Positions 9,134-18,551 of a stretch of DNA of 32,000 bases are shown here, piece after piece. This DNA comes from Candidatus Paracaedimonas acanthamoebae (lineage in GTDB: Bacteria > Pseudomonadota > Alphaproteobacteria > Caedimonadales > Caedimonadaceae): NCBI GenBank assembly GCA_000743035.1, contig CP008939.1:30001-62000 (forward strand), in the 5' to 3' direction. The notes under the pieces are model-generated. The model made no database searches. It saw nothing but the letters and a program-made list of their open reading frames with translations, and had not been told where the DNA came from. Position 1 is the first letter of the stretch; each line of letters starts with the position of its first letter. A program made the position numbers and the translations under genes.

Positions 9134-10012
9134 ATGAAAAAATTTATATACTTCTTTGTTCTTTGTTTCGCTGCCTCATTTTTTAATTTAGGGAAGGCTT
9201 CTAGTTTAACAGAAGTGCTTATAGAAAGCGATGATTATGCAAAAGTTTTTAATGTAGAGAAGAGATTTGATGGTACTGTATTAGTTTTTGATCTGGATGA
9301 TACGCTTATTACTCCTTCCGGAGGAAATATTTTAGGTAGCTCTTGCTGGTTTTATGACATTGTTAAATCCGTTATTTATAAGGATAAAGTTAGCATAAAA
9401 GATGCAGGTGACAGAGTTTATCCCTTGGCAACATTAGTGCTAAGTCATACCGAGATACAACCTACTCAACCTGATCTTGCATCTATTATAAAGAAGGTCC
9501 AACAACAAGGAGGAGAATGCATAGGACTTACTGCCCGAAGGCCGACCCTAAATTCCTCTACTCTCAAAAAGCTAGCATCCTTAGATATAAATTTAAAACT
9601 GGATACAGTAGAAGAGAGATGGGATTATGAAGAAGCAGCATATATTGGAGGAGTAATTTTTGCGTGTGAATATCATGATAAAGGTTTAATTCTTAAAAAC
9701 TTTTTATCATTTTTATCCCAAAAATATAATAAAAGTTATAGAAGTATTGTTTTTATAGATGATATGTTAAAAAACTTAACAAATGTTTATGAAAAATTTA
9801 AAGAAGACAAATATCAATTAACATTGATAAAGTATACTCGTTATCATCACCTTCAACAAAGCTATTGCCCACTTACTGCTGCAACAAAATTAAAAAAATT
9901 CATAGATAAATTAATTTCAATTGAAGATAGAGAAATTCAGTTACTTTTAGCTTCTGACACTTATACTCAACAACAGCATGAAATTGCTCGGAATCACCAA
10001 GATAAATCTTGA
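9134..10012 (+). CDS. Secreted HAD-superfamily-like hydrolase (DxDxT motif)
   Basis: Signal-like N-terminus MKKFIYFFVLCFAASFFNLGKA. HAD motif I is VLVFDLDDTLITP. GLTARR and a later FIDD are compatible with motifs II-IV. Confidence 0.45.
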   Translation: MKKFIYFFVLCFAASFFNLGKASSLTEVLIESDDYAKVFNVEKRFDGTVLVFDLDDTLITPSGGNILGSSCWFYDIVKSVIYKDKVSIKDAGDRVYPLATLVLSHTEIQPTQPDLASIIKKVQQQGGECIGLTARRPTLNSSTLKKLASLDINLKLDTVEERWDYEEAAYIGGVIFACEYHDKGLILKNFLSFLSQKYNKSYRSIVFIDDMLKNLTNVYEKFKEDKYQLTLIKYTRYHHLQQSYCPLTAATKLKKFIDKLISIEDREIQLLLASDTYTQQQHEIARNHQDKS

Positions 10013-10042
10013 GGTTATCGATAATAAAAATGTAATATCAAG

Positions 10043-10086
10043 GGTTCTGATACAGTGTTAAGGATCAAGGGATATTTTTAAAGATT
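10043..10086 (+). repeat. Tn3-family-like terminal inverted repeat remnant
   Basis: (A)GGGTTCTGATACAGTGTTAAGGATCAAGG... resembles the GGGGTCTGA...CAGTG...TAAG pattern of Tn3-family 38-bp ends. It is about 90% identical, by eye, to the reverse complement of 19408-19455. Confidence 0.4.
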
Positions 10087-10170
10087 GTTTTTTGCTTTAT
10101 AATACCCACAAGGTTATTGTATGACATAAAAAATAAGTATCCTACCTATGCTTAATGTAAAGAAATAATA

Positions 10171-10770
10171 ATGTATAAGTACCTCTTTATTTTCATTTTT
10201 CTCAGCCATTTTCTCACTCACGCTTCAGTTACAAAATTTGAAGAGGAAAGCGATAATATCCCAGCGCACCTCAAACCCTATTTTGAAGTTACTCAATTTG
10301 TTATGCAGGAAAAATGGATTGAAAAAAGTGATGCTCTTAAACCTGCCAATTATAACGGTTATAATGCCATCATCAAACAATGCTTAGAGTGTATTGTTAA
10401 CCTTAAAAAAAGCCGTCCTTCCATCTCTTATATACCTCAAACACCAGAAGAAATTGATGATTATCGATCCCTGAACCCGAGCATCCTTAAAAAGTTTTTT
10501 AGCACACCTCTTCCAGAACAATTTTTAGCTTATCAGAAACTGTGGGAGATTTATAAAGCTAAATTTATTGATACCGCAAACTTTACTGACCATATAAAGC
10601 TTGTGAATGATCTTACTTATATCCAATATGGCCATGAAGCTTTGAAAGAAAAAGCCTGGAATACAGCAGAATATTATACTTGGCTTCAAGAAAAGATTAA
10701 AACTTATAAAGACCCTTTTCAATTCTGTATAAGATACTTTCCTGGGTATTTATCATCTCATCCGTCATAA
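10171..10770 (+). CDS. Hypothetical secreted protein
   Basis: 199-aa ORF with the hydrophobic N-terminus MYKYLFIFIFLSHFLTHA. No motif recognised. Confidence 0.4.
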   Translation: MYKYLFIFIFLSHFLTHASVTKFEEESDNIPAHLKPYFEVTQFVMQEKWIEKSDALKPANYNGYNAIIKQCLECIVNLKKSRPSISYIPQTPEEIDDYRSLNPSILKKFFSTPLPEQFLAYQKLWEIYKAKFIDTANFTDHIKLVNDLTYIQYGHEALKEKAWNTAEYYTWLQEKIKTYKDPFQFCIRYFPGYLSSHPS

Positions 10771-10803
10771 TTTTAGCCTTCTTTTTAAGAATGCTTTTTT
10801 TTG

Positions 10804-10870
10804 GGTTGTGTTGCAACTTTGAGCTAAAGGTAGAATTTATCTAAGGAAATAAAGAACTTTTTAATATTAG
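10804..10870. repeat. Solo IS6-like right-end remnant
   Basis: GGTTGTGTTGCAACTTTGAGCTAAAGGTAGAATTTATCTAAGGAAATAAAGAAC parallels 5018-5070 and 9031-9084 in the same orientation. Confidence 0.5.
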
Positions 10871-10910
10871 ATGCAATTAAAGTTTAAATATTAAAAGCTC
10901 ACTGTACAAG

Positions 10911-11250
10911 TTAATTACTCCTTAAGTATTGATAAAGTGTTTCCCGACTAATATTAAGCTCCTTGGCAATGGCTAATTTACTCTGACCTTGAGAAATCTT
11001 CTCCTTAAGCTCTGTTATGGCTTCATCTGTCAGCTTCTTCTTCCTTCCTTTATAAAGACCTTTCTGCTTTGCAAGATGAATCCCTTCTAACTGGCGCTCT
11101 CTGATGAGGGCTCTTTCAAACTCTCCAAAGGCTCCCATCACGGAGAGAAGAAGCTTGGCCATGGGGGAGTCCTCGCCTGTAAAGACTAATTGCTCTTTCT
11201 CAAATCGAATGCCTATCCCCTTCCCTGTTAAACCTTTTACAAGCTCCCTT
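10911..11250 (-). pseudogene. Serine recombinase (Tn3-type resolvase) fragment lacking the N-terminal catalytic part
   Basis: The frame reads LRELVKGLTGKGIGIRFEKEQLVFTGEDSPMAKLLLSVMGAFGEFERALIRERQ...ISRETLYQYL, which is the resolvase core end plus the C-terminal HTH. Homology stops at the IS6-like end at 11248-11272. Confidence 0.7.
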
Positions 11251-11272
11251 AGCTCAAAGTTGCAATAGAACC
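11248..11272. repeat. IS6-like terminal repeat (reverse orientation) truncating the resolvase gene
   Basis: CTTAGCTCAAAGTTGCAATAGAACC is the reverse complement of the GGTTCTATTGCAACTTTGAGCTAAG-type end. Confidence 0.5.
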
Positions 11273-11412
11273 AAAGCCAGTGTCCATATCATCAAAGCAA
11301 AAAAATACTCTCCAACTTATTCACTTTTTAATAATAAAGGAATTATTAAGGTTTATATGACTAAGATATATGAATGATGATTTTATCCGACTAAGCTTGA
11401 AAGGAATATGAT

Positions 11413-11853
11413 ATGAAGTCTCAATTTAAATCTGTAATGTTTAGTGCAATTATTTCAGGTATAATAGCACCAGTCGTCTATGGCTGTCCCCCCTCAATTC
11501 CAGCTACCACAATAACTGGAACTCCCCAGCTTGCAGGCATCACTTACAATAAACCACAATTATTTAGCAACCTGCAAATAGTCGTGGGTGGCCATACTTA
11601 TGACGTCATATCTGCGCGCGTCACCTACAACCAAGAGGATAAAAAACTTTTGCCAGCAGCGAACTTGGCAGATACACTTGGCTTTGTTATGACACATAAT
11701 TCATTAGATTCAGTGTCACTGAAAGAAACTAAACAGTATTCATGTGTATACTCACGCAAAGGAATTTATCATATAAATACCCCTATTGAGATTGAAATCG
11801 AACTTAAAAAAACTAATATAAACGGTCTTCACCTTGAAATTAAGATAGGGTGA
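11413..11853 (+). CDS. Putative lipoprotein or secreted protein, unknown function
   Basis: 146 aa. Signal with a possible lipobox (IIAPVVYG-C). Confidence 0.4.
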   Translation: MKSQFKSVMFSAIISGIIAPVVYGCPPSIPATTITGTPQLAGITYNKPQLFSNLQIVVGGHTYDVISARVTYNQEDKKLLPAANLADTLGFVMTHNSLDSVSLKETKQYSCVYSRKGIYHINTPIEIEIELKKTNINGLHLEIKIG

Positions 11854-12068
11854 AGACCTCATTTCGTTTATCCTCATAGACCACATATTTATACATTAAG
11901 ATTCCTAGGGTTTAAGACAAAAATTTAAACCAATTCTAGCTTTAATTAGAATTTTACAATTATTTAAGAAGTGCATGTTGTTAGTTAAAAACGCACCTTT
12001 TTAGGTTGTGTTGCAACTTTCAGCTAAAGGAGTAGATTTGGGAGTATAAATAACTTTGTGTCCTACTT

Positions 12069-12438
12069 ATGAAATATCAAGATTTCCGTTATCGCCAATT
12101 TTTACCAACTATTATCCTACAGTGTATGCGCTGGTATTTAAGGTATCCCTTGAGCTACCGTAATCTGGAAGAGATGATGGAAGAAAGAGGCGTGGAGGTT
12201 GACCATACAACTCTTTATCGCTGGGTGCAAAAGTATGCCCCTGAACTTGAGAAAAGAATCAGATGGCATGCGCGTACCTTCTGCAGATCTTGGCATCTTG
12301 ATGAGACCTACCTGAGGGTAAAAGGGAAATGGAAGTATCTTTATCGGGCTATTGATAAGAATGGAGGGACTATAGACTTCATGCTCTCAAGCAAACGTAA
12401 TTATCAAGCAGCATATAACTTTCTTAAGAATGCTCTGA
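12069..12438 (+). pseudogene. IS6-family transposase N-terminal fragment
   Basis: FRYRQFLPTIILQCMRWYLRYPLSYRNLEEMMEERGVEVDHTTLYRWVQKYAPE...WHLDETYLRVKGKWKYLYRAIDKNGGTIDF. Homology ends at the IS3 terminal repeat (12439). Confidence 0.8.
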
Positions 12439-12456
12439 TGATCTTGCTACAAAAAT

Positions 12457-13332
12457 TTAGACATTGTGAACTGAGATGGTTTGATTTTTGTAATGATTGT
12501 ATTCCCACTGATTTGGACTTTGATAGTTGAGTGTCGAGTGCCTCCTTTTAGAGTTATAAAATGTGAATATGTATTCAAAGATATCGGTTTTTGCTTCTTC
12601 TAAAGTTTTATAGTTCTTAAAATAGACATGCTCTGTTTTAAGCGTATGAAAGAAGCTCTCCATTGCAGCATTGTCATAAGCACATCCTGTTTTTCCATGA
12701 CTCAGTTTTATTCCATGAGTTTGAGCTATTTCATAAAGGTTATTGCTTGTATATTGGCTCCCCATATCAGAATGATGAATAAGCCCTGAAGGAGGTCTCC
12801 TTAATAAGAGAGCTTGATTAAGTGCTGCTAAAATTAAAGAACTTCTCATGTGATCACTCAAAGCCATTCCCACCACTTTTCGAGAGAATAGATCAAGAAT
12901 AATAGCCAGATAAGCCCAGGTTCTATTGATGGCAATAAAAGTAATATCTGCGGCCCAAATTCTATTAGGAAGAGGAGAATAAAAATTCTGCTGAACGAGA
13001 TCCTGGGTTGGACGAGTGATATTTTCTGAACGTTTTGTTGTTTTAACAAACTTCCTATACATCTTGGCTTGGATATCATTCTTCTGCATCAATCGAGCGA
13101 CTTTAACTCGAGAACAAAAAGTTCCCTGAGCACAAAGTTCTGCATGGATCCGAGGACTGCCATAAGTTTCTCGGCTCTCCTCAAAAATAGTCCTCATTCT
13201 TTTAACAGTCTCAGTGTTCTCCAGTTCTCTCTTGCTGGGACTCCTTTTAATAAAATCGTAATACCCACTGCGAGAAACCCCTAAGACTTGCGCCATCTGA
13301 TCCAAGGAAAATAAAGTGGTATGATGCTTCAT
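12457..13332 (-). CDS. IS3-family transposase OrfB (DDE integrase core), copy A
   Basis: 291 aa: YGSPRIHAEL...RIWAADITFI...HHSDMGSQYTS...DNAAMESFFHTLKTE (rve-type DDE). Confidence 0.85.
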   Translation of the reverse strand: MKHHTTLFSLDQMAQVLGVSRSGYYDFIKRSPSKRELENTETVKRMRTIFEESRETYGSPRIHAELCAQGTFCSRVKVARLMQKNDIQAKMYRKFVKTTKRSENITRPTQDLVQQNFYSPLPNRIWAADITFIAINRTWAYLAIILDLFSRKVVGMALSDHMRSSLILAALNQALLLRRPPSGLIHHSDMGSQYTSNNLYEIAQTHGIKLSHGKTGCAYDNAAMESFFHTLKTEHVYFKNYKTLEEAKTDIFEYIFTFYNSKRRHSTLNYQSPNQWEYNHYKNQTISVHNV

Positions 13333-13380
13333 GAATTCGTACCTTTGCCTCGGGGTTCGGAGAAGATGGCAACTGCTTTC

Positions 13381-14748
13381 CTAAGAAACTCCCTGTACCA
13401 AGTCCTGCATTTTATTCTCTTGCAATATATAACCTAAAGCAGCAGCTCGCTTTGATAAGTTATCAAGAACCCGCTTTTGATATCGTGCCTCATAGTAATT
13501 GGCACCTGGATCAACATATTGCATTCCATAACGCAGAGCATTAAAAAATAATACTGCCATTTTTCTAGCTGTTGCAGTAATTGCCTTTGATTTACCAATG
13601 CGAGCCGAGAGTCGTCTATAAAACGCACCAAGAGCCGTATTTGTCTTTCCAATTGTTACAGCAGCCAATCTTAATGCTGCTGCCGCACGACTTGAGGAAC
13701 GCCGTGTTCGTGATGATAATACTTTCCCTCCTGATACCTTATTCCCTGGAGAAAGACATAGCCAAGAAGTAAAGTGCTTGCTGCTCGGCCAGCGAGACAT
13801 ATCAGTGCCACATTCTGATATTAATTTTAAGGCTAATGAAGGTCCAACACCGTGTATTTGTGTTAAGTCCATTCCTAATGCTTGGTAAAGGGATGCTCTT
13901 ACATCAAAGCTTAAGCTATTAGGTTGTTTAGTGCGATGCCTGGCTTTGGGTAGAGGTTGATCAGGCAACTTATTATCTTTTCCAAGCAAGCTTAATGTCT
14001 CTTCTATTCGACGATCACACTCATTAATTTTTTGTGTGTAATAATCGAATAATTCAACAGCTTGAGTTAAAGAAAACAAATGCTCTTCTTGATAATTACC
14101 CTTTAAGGATTCCTCAATAGTTTTAATGGATTCCTTACAACGTATGTCTCTATGTTCTGCTAATACAGCAGGGCAACGTTCACCATTCATAATCGCACGA
14201 ATGATCTTCATGCCTGTGGCTCCCGTTATATCCGATACGACATGATGCAACTGTAAGTTCATTTGCATTAAAGCTTTTTGCATATGCTGGATATGAGAGG
14301 CTCTGAATTCAAGCATACGTTCACGTTGTCTAATATAAGCACGTAGCACAGTAATTTGTTTTTCTGGTCTGAAGCTAGCACGTAACAAACCAAATTGATG
14401 TAACCGTTGAATCCATTGCGCATCATTGACGTCTGTTTTACGTCCAGGAACATTTTTAGCTTCTCGTGGATTAACTAAAAATACCTCAAAACCATAATTC
14501 TCTAAGATCTCAAAAGCAGGAATCCAATAAATACCTGTGGATTCCATAGCAATGCTGGTGACCTCACAGCTTTTAAGCCATTTTGCCATAGCATGTAAAT
14601 CTGTGGTAAAACTTTGAAACGTACGAACTGGTTCTTTTGCTTTATCACTCCCTACAGCAACAACGTGAAACTTAGCACCAATATCAATCCCAGCAGCATT
14701 TTGATGAATAATTGGCATACTGGATTGTCTGTTAGATTGAGTCATCAC
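13381..14748 (-). CDS. IS110-family (DEDD) transposase, copy A
   Basis: AAGIDIGAKFHVVAV, ESTGIYW and QIHGVGPSLALKLISECG (Transposase_20-like). The likely start is the ATG at 14745, 6 nt after GAGG. Confidence 0.85.
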   Translation of the reverse strand: MMTQSNRQSSMPIIHQNAAGIDIGAKFHVVAVGSDKAKEPVRTFQSFTTDLHAMAKWLKSCEVTSIAMESTGIYWIPAFEILENYGFEVFLVNPREAKNVPGRKTDVNDAQWIQRLHQFGLLRASFRPEKQITVLRAYIRQRERMLEFRASHIQHMQKALMQMNLQLHHVVSDITGATGMKIIRAIMNGERCPAVLAEHRDIRCKESIKTIEESLKGNYQEEHLFSLTQAVELFDYYTQKINECDRRIEETLSLLGKDNKLPDQPLPKARHRTKQPNSLSFDVRASLYQALGMDLTQIHGVGPSLALKLISECGTDMSRWPSSKHFTSWLCLSPGNKVSGGKVLSSRTRRSSSRAAAALRLAAVTIGKTNTALGAFYRRLSARIGKSKAITATARKMAVLFFNALRYGMQYVDPGANYYEARYQKRVLDNLSKRAAALGYILQENKMQDLVQGVS

Positions 14749-14978
14749 TTACCTCTTCTCCTTGTTTATCTATAGAATCAAAGAGCAGGGTAACGAATAA
14801 ATCACTTTCCTAAACGGGGTTTGTACCTCCAATGCCGGGTTCGTTGTACTCCCTGGACCATGTTTTTTAACGGGGTAATCCACCAATAAGCAGACGGCCG
14901 CTCTCTTTGATAGCTCAACTTTAGCAGTTAACGAGCGCGAGTTTCTATTTATTAGGGAAAGGGGTGCCATTTAGGTGG
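14749..14978 (-). ncRNA. Candidate IS110 bridge-RNA-type non-coding left end, copy A
   Basis: 230-nt non-coding region between the element end and the transposase start. See copy B (20594-20823) for the sequence observations. Confidence 0.35.
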
Positions 14979-15226
14979 TTTTTTAAGATATCTCGCTCCT
15001 GGCGAACAAGATAAAGCTCCCGCTTAAGCGCTCTTAATTCTTCCTCAACAACATGGCCACTGCCAGGAAAACTTCTCTCTCCCTCACGCCGGTATTGTTT
15101 AATCCAGTGCCCTAAACTGGCACGCGAAATCCCTAAATCTAAAGCGATCTTCTCAATGCTCTTGTCATTACTCAAATAAACTTTAACCGCATTAATTTTA
15201 AATTCTTTATCGTATTTCTGGGTCAT
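14945..15226 (-). pseudogene. IS3-family OrfA (HTH), 3' end replaced by read-through into IS110, copy A
   Basis: MTQKYDKEFKINAVKVYL...ISRASLGHWIKQYR...LKRELYLVRQERDILK, followed by foreign codons. AAGGAG precedes the ATG at 15226. Confidence 0.8.
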
Positions 15227-15369
15227 GTTCTCTCCTTTCAATAACATTAACCCATCTCGGTTCCTTGTGTCCGCTTTATTGTAGCAAGATCACAAAATTT
15301 GAAAATCCCTATATTTCATTAGCTTAATTATAATCTTACCTCAAAGTTGCAACACAACCAACTCATCAA

Positions 15370-18018
15370 TTACCCCGCCTCGGCCTCTTTATCAGGCCTG
15401 TTATGGGCTGATATCGATGAAGATGGCGCGGTTCGTAGCGTATCAAGAAGATCATCCTCTGTATTGTTTGGCCGCGTTGTTGTCAAGTTTGTAAAAGGTT
15501 GATCATCTCTCTCATTATCGGGATGTATTCCTGAGCGTACACATTCAATAAATTGGTTAATATATTCAATGGCATTTTCTGAAGAGTGGCCATATTCTTG
15601 AACCCATTGAGAAGCGACATAACGGATACTGTCTAAATTCTCTTGTTGATTATTAATACGTTGTTTCGTTATGACAGTAGCAACATAAAACATTTGAAGA
15701 GTAGCAATACATTCTTTAAGGTTGTCTTCGAGTTCGTGTGAAAAAGCTAAAGCTTGGTTAAACTTCTCTTCGAGTGTTTCTGTTCGTTCCTTTAATTTCC
15801 TGACCTCTATTATCTTGTTTTCTAATACTGAACTTATATCACGTATATATGCGTCCGATTCATCTTGTTTTTGTATTAAATTGGTATTCCTCTGCGACAA
15901 TTTATGGTTTTCAGCTTTTAGCTGTTTCATATTTGTTGTTTGTTTTTTTAATTGCTTACTAAGATCTTCTAGCAAAAGATATAGCTTTGAGACATCATCT
16001 TGAGAAGCTATTCTATCTTTTTCGTATTTTTTGACTTTTTCTTCAAATTTCGATAAGGTGCGGTCTTTAGTCCTTATTAATTCATTTAGAGCCTTTCCAC
16101 TTTGTTCTAATTCAGCTTTCTCATTTTTTAATTGATAATTTTGTCTCTTAAGTTCTGAATTTTCCTTGATTATTCTTTTTAATTTAGCAGTCAACTCACT
16201 CAGTTCCGCTTCTTTCTTTGCGTTTTTATCTTGGGTTGACCACAATATTGCTTGTCCATGAGAAAGTTGTTGAGATAATTCATCAATTCTTTTGTTAAGT
16301 TCTTCTAAACGCTCTTGGTAAGCTTGTTCTTTTGCAGGATCATCAGGAATAGGGTTAAGCAAGCGGCTCTCTAAAAAATGAGATGTTTCAGCTTCTTCTT
16401 TTTCCTCTTGCGGAATTTCAGAGTTGCTGAAAACTGATACTTGCGGCATAAAAGTTGATTGTTTTTCTGCATTTCTTCTTCCTGTGTGACATAATGCTTC
16501 CTCATTACTTTCCGAGATTTGGATTGTACGCTCAAGAGTTTTATTGATAGCTTCTAAAGCCTGTTTATCGCTTTCTAAGATGCGGAGCTTCTCAAAAAGT
16601 TCTCTAATTAATTGTTCTAATTCAGAATTTTCTTGCTGTGATGCATCGATCGTTGTAACAGGTGTTGCTTGCCTTTCCTTAAGGTAGAGATTTTCTTGCT
16701 TGAAATTGGTTAAACAATTTTTAAGCTTTTTTGTATGATTTTTTTTCTGAGATATTTTTTGTTTAGCGAGATCTAGCTCTTGTGTTAATTCCATCATACG
16801 TTGTTCGTGAAGTTCAACATTTTCTCGGGTCGTATGATTAAATTTTTTTAGCTTGTTAACGTGAGTGTCTAGCGCAACCTGAAGCTCATGTATGCGTTGC
16901 TCCAATTCATTTTCTTTTGAGGGATCCGCACCCTCTTGTAAAGTATTTACCGATTGTTCTGTTTTAGTTAAAGAGGTAACAGCTGTCTTTGTTTGTTGTA
17001 AAGCTTGATTCTCGTCTTGTTCTTGTACTGTTTCGAGGCGACTCTTAAGGGTACCAAGCTCTCGTTGTAAATCTTCATGGTGTGTTTGCAAGCTGAAAAA
17101 GTCTTGCTCTACGGATTGTCGATGGCTAAGTTCTTGTTCAAGAGCATAATTTTGCTGCTCTAATTCTTGAAGACGTGCAGTTAAATGAGCGTGCTGTTGC
17201 TTATCAATCATAGAAACTTTTGAAACGGAGAGAGAAGACGCAGGAACTGACTCTTCTACGAGCGTAGCTGCTTCTTTTTCTATTGTGAATAAAGGTTGCT
17301 CGTTGCTTTTTAAAGTCTCGTGATGTTGATTGCTCTTATGTGGGGCTATGGGCTCAATAGAGATCTGCTCTTGCTGATTATGAGTGGAAATGGTTGGGAC
17401 ATCTTTGTTTACGACCATGTTTTCTTGTCTGAGTGAAGAAGGAACAAAACTGATGATGTCCTGTTGTTTTATTGTTTCTGGTTTTAATATTGAGATTATT
17501 TTTGAGGGAAAATATAAGTCCTCATTAATTAAAGAGCTTGTTTCCGTTTGAGGTGGAAAAGAAAAAATAGAATTTAAAGGCTCTTTATTTGTTTTTTGCT
17601 GGCTTATATTTATTTTTTGAAGACTTAGCATATGAAGATCAAATAAAGAAGTTTTTTGGCTAGAGGCTCTCATTGTTAAGCTTGACGACTCTTTTATTTG
17701 TTGGGCCTGAGGAATGGTTTGCTTATTCTGCTTTGTTAACTGATCAATTAATTCAGCTTGACGCTTGATAATCATATACAGAACTGTTTGCGTTTTATTT
17801 AAATCCAGGTTTTGTTGCAAAAGTGCCGCATTTTGTTTTCTGAGCCTATCGAGGTTTCGCAAAGATTCGCTTGTCTCTAAAGCTTTTTCACGACGCTCTT
17901 GTTTATCATCAATTTCTTTTGAAAGACTTGGAAAGGGATGAAGGAGGAGTACAATGAGGCTGTTAATAATAAATAAAAGAGCACTTCCCTTAGGTTTTTG
18001 TCCCATTTCATTCCTCAT
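15370..18018 (-). CDS. Large membrane-anchored or secreted coiled-coil protein (882 aa)
   Basis: Hydrophobic N-terminal segment GSALLFIINSLIVLLLHPFPSLS. This is followed by hundreds of residues of heptad-like E/K/Q/L-rich sequence (LQELEQQNYALEQEL, ELKRQNYQLKNEKAELEQ). No enzymatic motif seen. Confidence 0.6.
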   Translation of the reverse strand: MRNEMGQKPKGSALLFIINSLIVLLLHPFPSLSKEIDDKQERREKALETSESLRNLDRLRKQNAALLQQNLDLNKTQTVLYMIIKRQAELIDQLTKQNKQTIPQAQQIKESSSLTMRASSQKTSLFDLHMLSLQKINISQQKTNKEPLNSIFSFPPQTETSSLINEDLYFPSKIISILKPETIKQQDIISFVPSSLRQENMVVNKDVPTISTHNQQEQISIEPIAPHKSNQHHETLKSNEQPLFTIEKEAATLVEESVPASSLSVSKVSMIDKQQHAHLTARLQELEQQNYALEQELSHRQSVEQDFFSLQTHHEDLQRELGTLKSRLETVQEQDENQALQQTKTAVTSLTKTEQSVNTLQEGADPSKENELEQRIHELQVALDTHVNKLKKFNHTTRENVELHEQRMMELTQELDLAKQKISQKKNHTKKLKNCLTNFKQENLYLKERQATPVTTIDASQQENSELEQLIRELFEKLRILESDKQALEAINKTLERTIQISESNEEALCHTGRRNAEKQSTFMPQVSVFSNSEIPQEEKEEAETSHFLESRLLNPIPDDPAKEQAYQERLEELNKRIDELSQQLSHGQAILWSTQDKNAKKEAELSELTAKLKRIIKENSELKRQNYQLKNEKAELEQSGKALNELIRTKDRTLSKFEEKVKKYEKDRIASQDDVSKLYLLLEDLSKQLKKQTTNMKQLKAENHKLSQRNTNLIQKQDESDAYIRDISSVLENKIIEVRKLKERTETLEEKFNQALAFSHELEDNLKECIATLQMFYVATVITKQRINNQQENLDSIRYVASQWVQEYGHSSENAIEYINQFIECVRSGIHPDNERDDQPFTNLTTTRPNNTEDDLLDTLRTAPSSSISAHNRPDKEAEAG

Positions 18019-18202
18019 TATCTAGGTAATTTTGTTAGTTTTACTATTAAAAATGCATTATGGTCAAAAATATTTTTTAATTATTGTGATAAAACGCGGA
18101 TAATGGATAAGGTAGTTTAGTAATTATCGAAAAGTAGGATTATCCAAGACAGTAACATAACAAGAAAGGATAATCCCAATGATAAATTATGATAGTTTAT
18201 AT

Positions 18203-18347
18203 GGTTGTGTTGCAAAAATTGATGATGGTAATTAACTCGGAGGGTATTTTTAATATCTACGCCCCAACTATGTCTAAAATTTAAAAAGTCCCGTATTTTC
18301 TTAGCTAAGTTATTTGTTTCTTTAAACCCCAAAGTTTCAACAGAACC
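18203..18347. repeat. Miniature (MITE-like) derivative of the IS6-like element
   Basis: GGTTGTGTTGCAAAAATT at 18203-18218 and AAAGTTTCAACAGAACC at 18331-18347 form inverted ends. 18253-18290 is about 92% identical, by eye, to the reverse complement of 5064-5102. No transposase. Confidence 0.4.
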
Positions 18348-18444
18348 CAAAAATACTATCAGAAACTTTAATAAAAGTTAAGTTGACGATACTTGGAAAA
18401 TAATCCAATTATATTAATTTAAATTAAATATTGGGAGGTAAATA

Positions 18445-18551
18445 TGAGGAAATATTCTATATTTCTTATTCTATTTTTTTTCAATCAATTTTCTCAAGCT
18501 TCTCAACAAAAGCTTGCATTAGATTGTGAGATAAATATCTATGATGTAGGG
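18445..18551 (+). pseudogene. 5' fragment of a secreted-protein gene cut by the IS6 insertion
   Basis: GGGAGG then the ATG at 18445. MRKYSIFLILFFFNQFSQASQQKLALDCEINIYDVGG runs straight into the IS6 terminal repeat at 18552. Confidence 0.35.

Larger units (their letters stand above)
13381..14978 (-). mobile_element. IS110-family element nested in IS3 copy A
   Basis: Mirror of 20594-22191 (coordinate map pA = 35572 - pB). Confidence 0.75.
12439..15292 (-). mobile_element. IS3-family element, copy A (2854 bp including the nested IS110-family element)
   Basis: Terminal inverted repeats TGATCTTGCTACAA at both ends (12439 and 15292). orfA and orfB have an ATGA overlap. All ORF-track translations are identical to copy B. 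Confidence 0.85.
12004..15359 (+). mobile_element. IS6-like element shell: left end plus the 5' third of the transposase, and 67 bp of the right end, with an IS3/IS110 nest inside
   Basis: Left end GGTTGTGTTGCAACTTT at 12004-12020. Right end AAAGTTGCAACACAACC finishes at 15359. The interior between 12439 and 15292 is the IS3-family copy, and about 430 bp of the transposase gene is missing. Confidence 0.6.

Noticed and set aside
14770-14970. 66-aa ORF inside the IS110 left end (also 20602-20802)
   Set aside because: It has no SD and lies in the region expected to be non-coding RNA in IS110-type elements. The composition looks non-coding. It is treated as part of the candidate bridge-RNA region.
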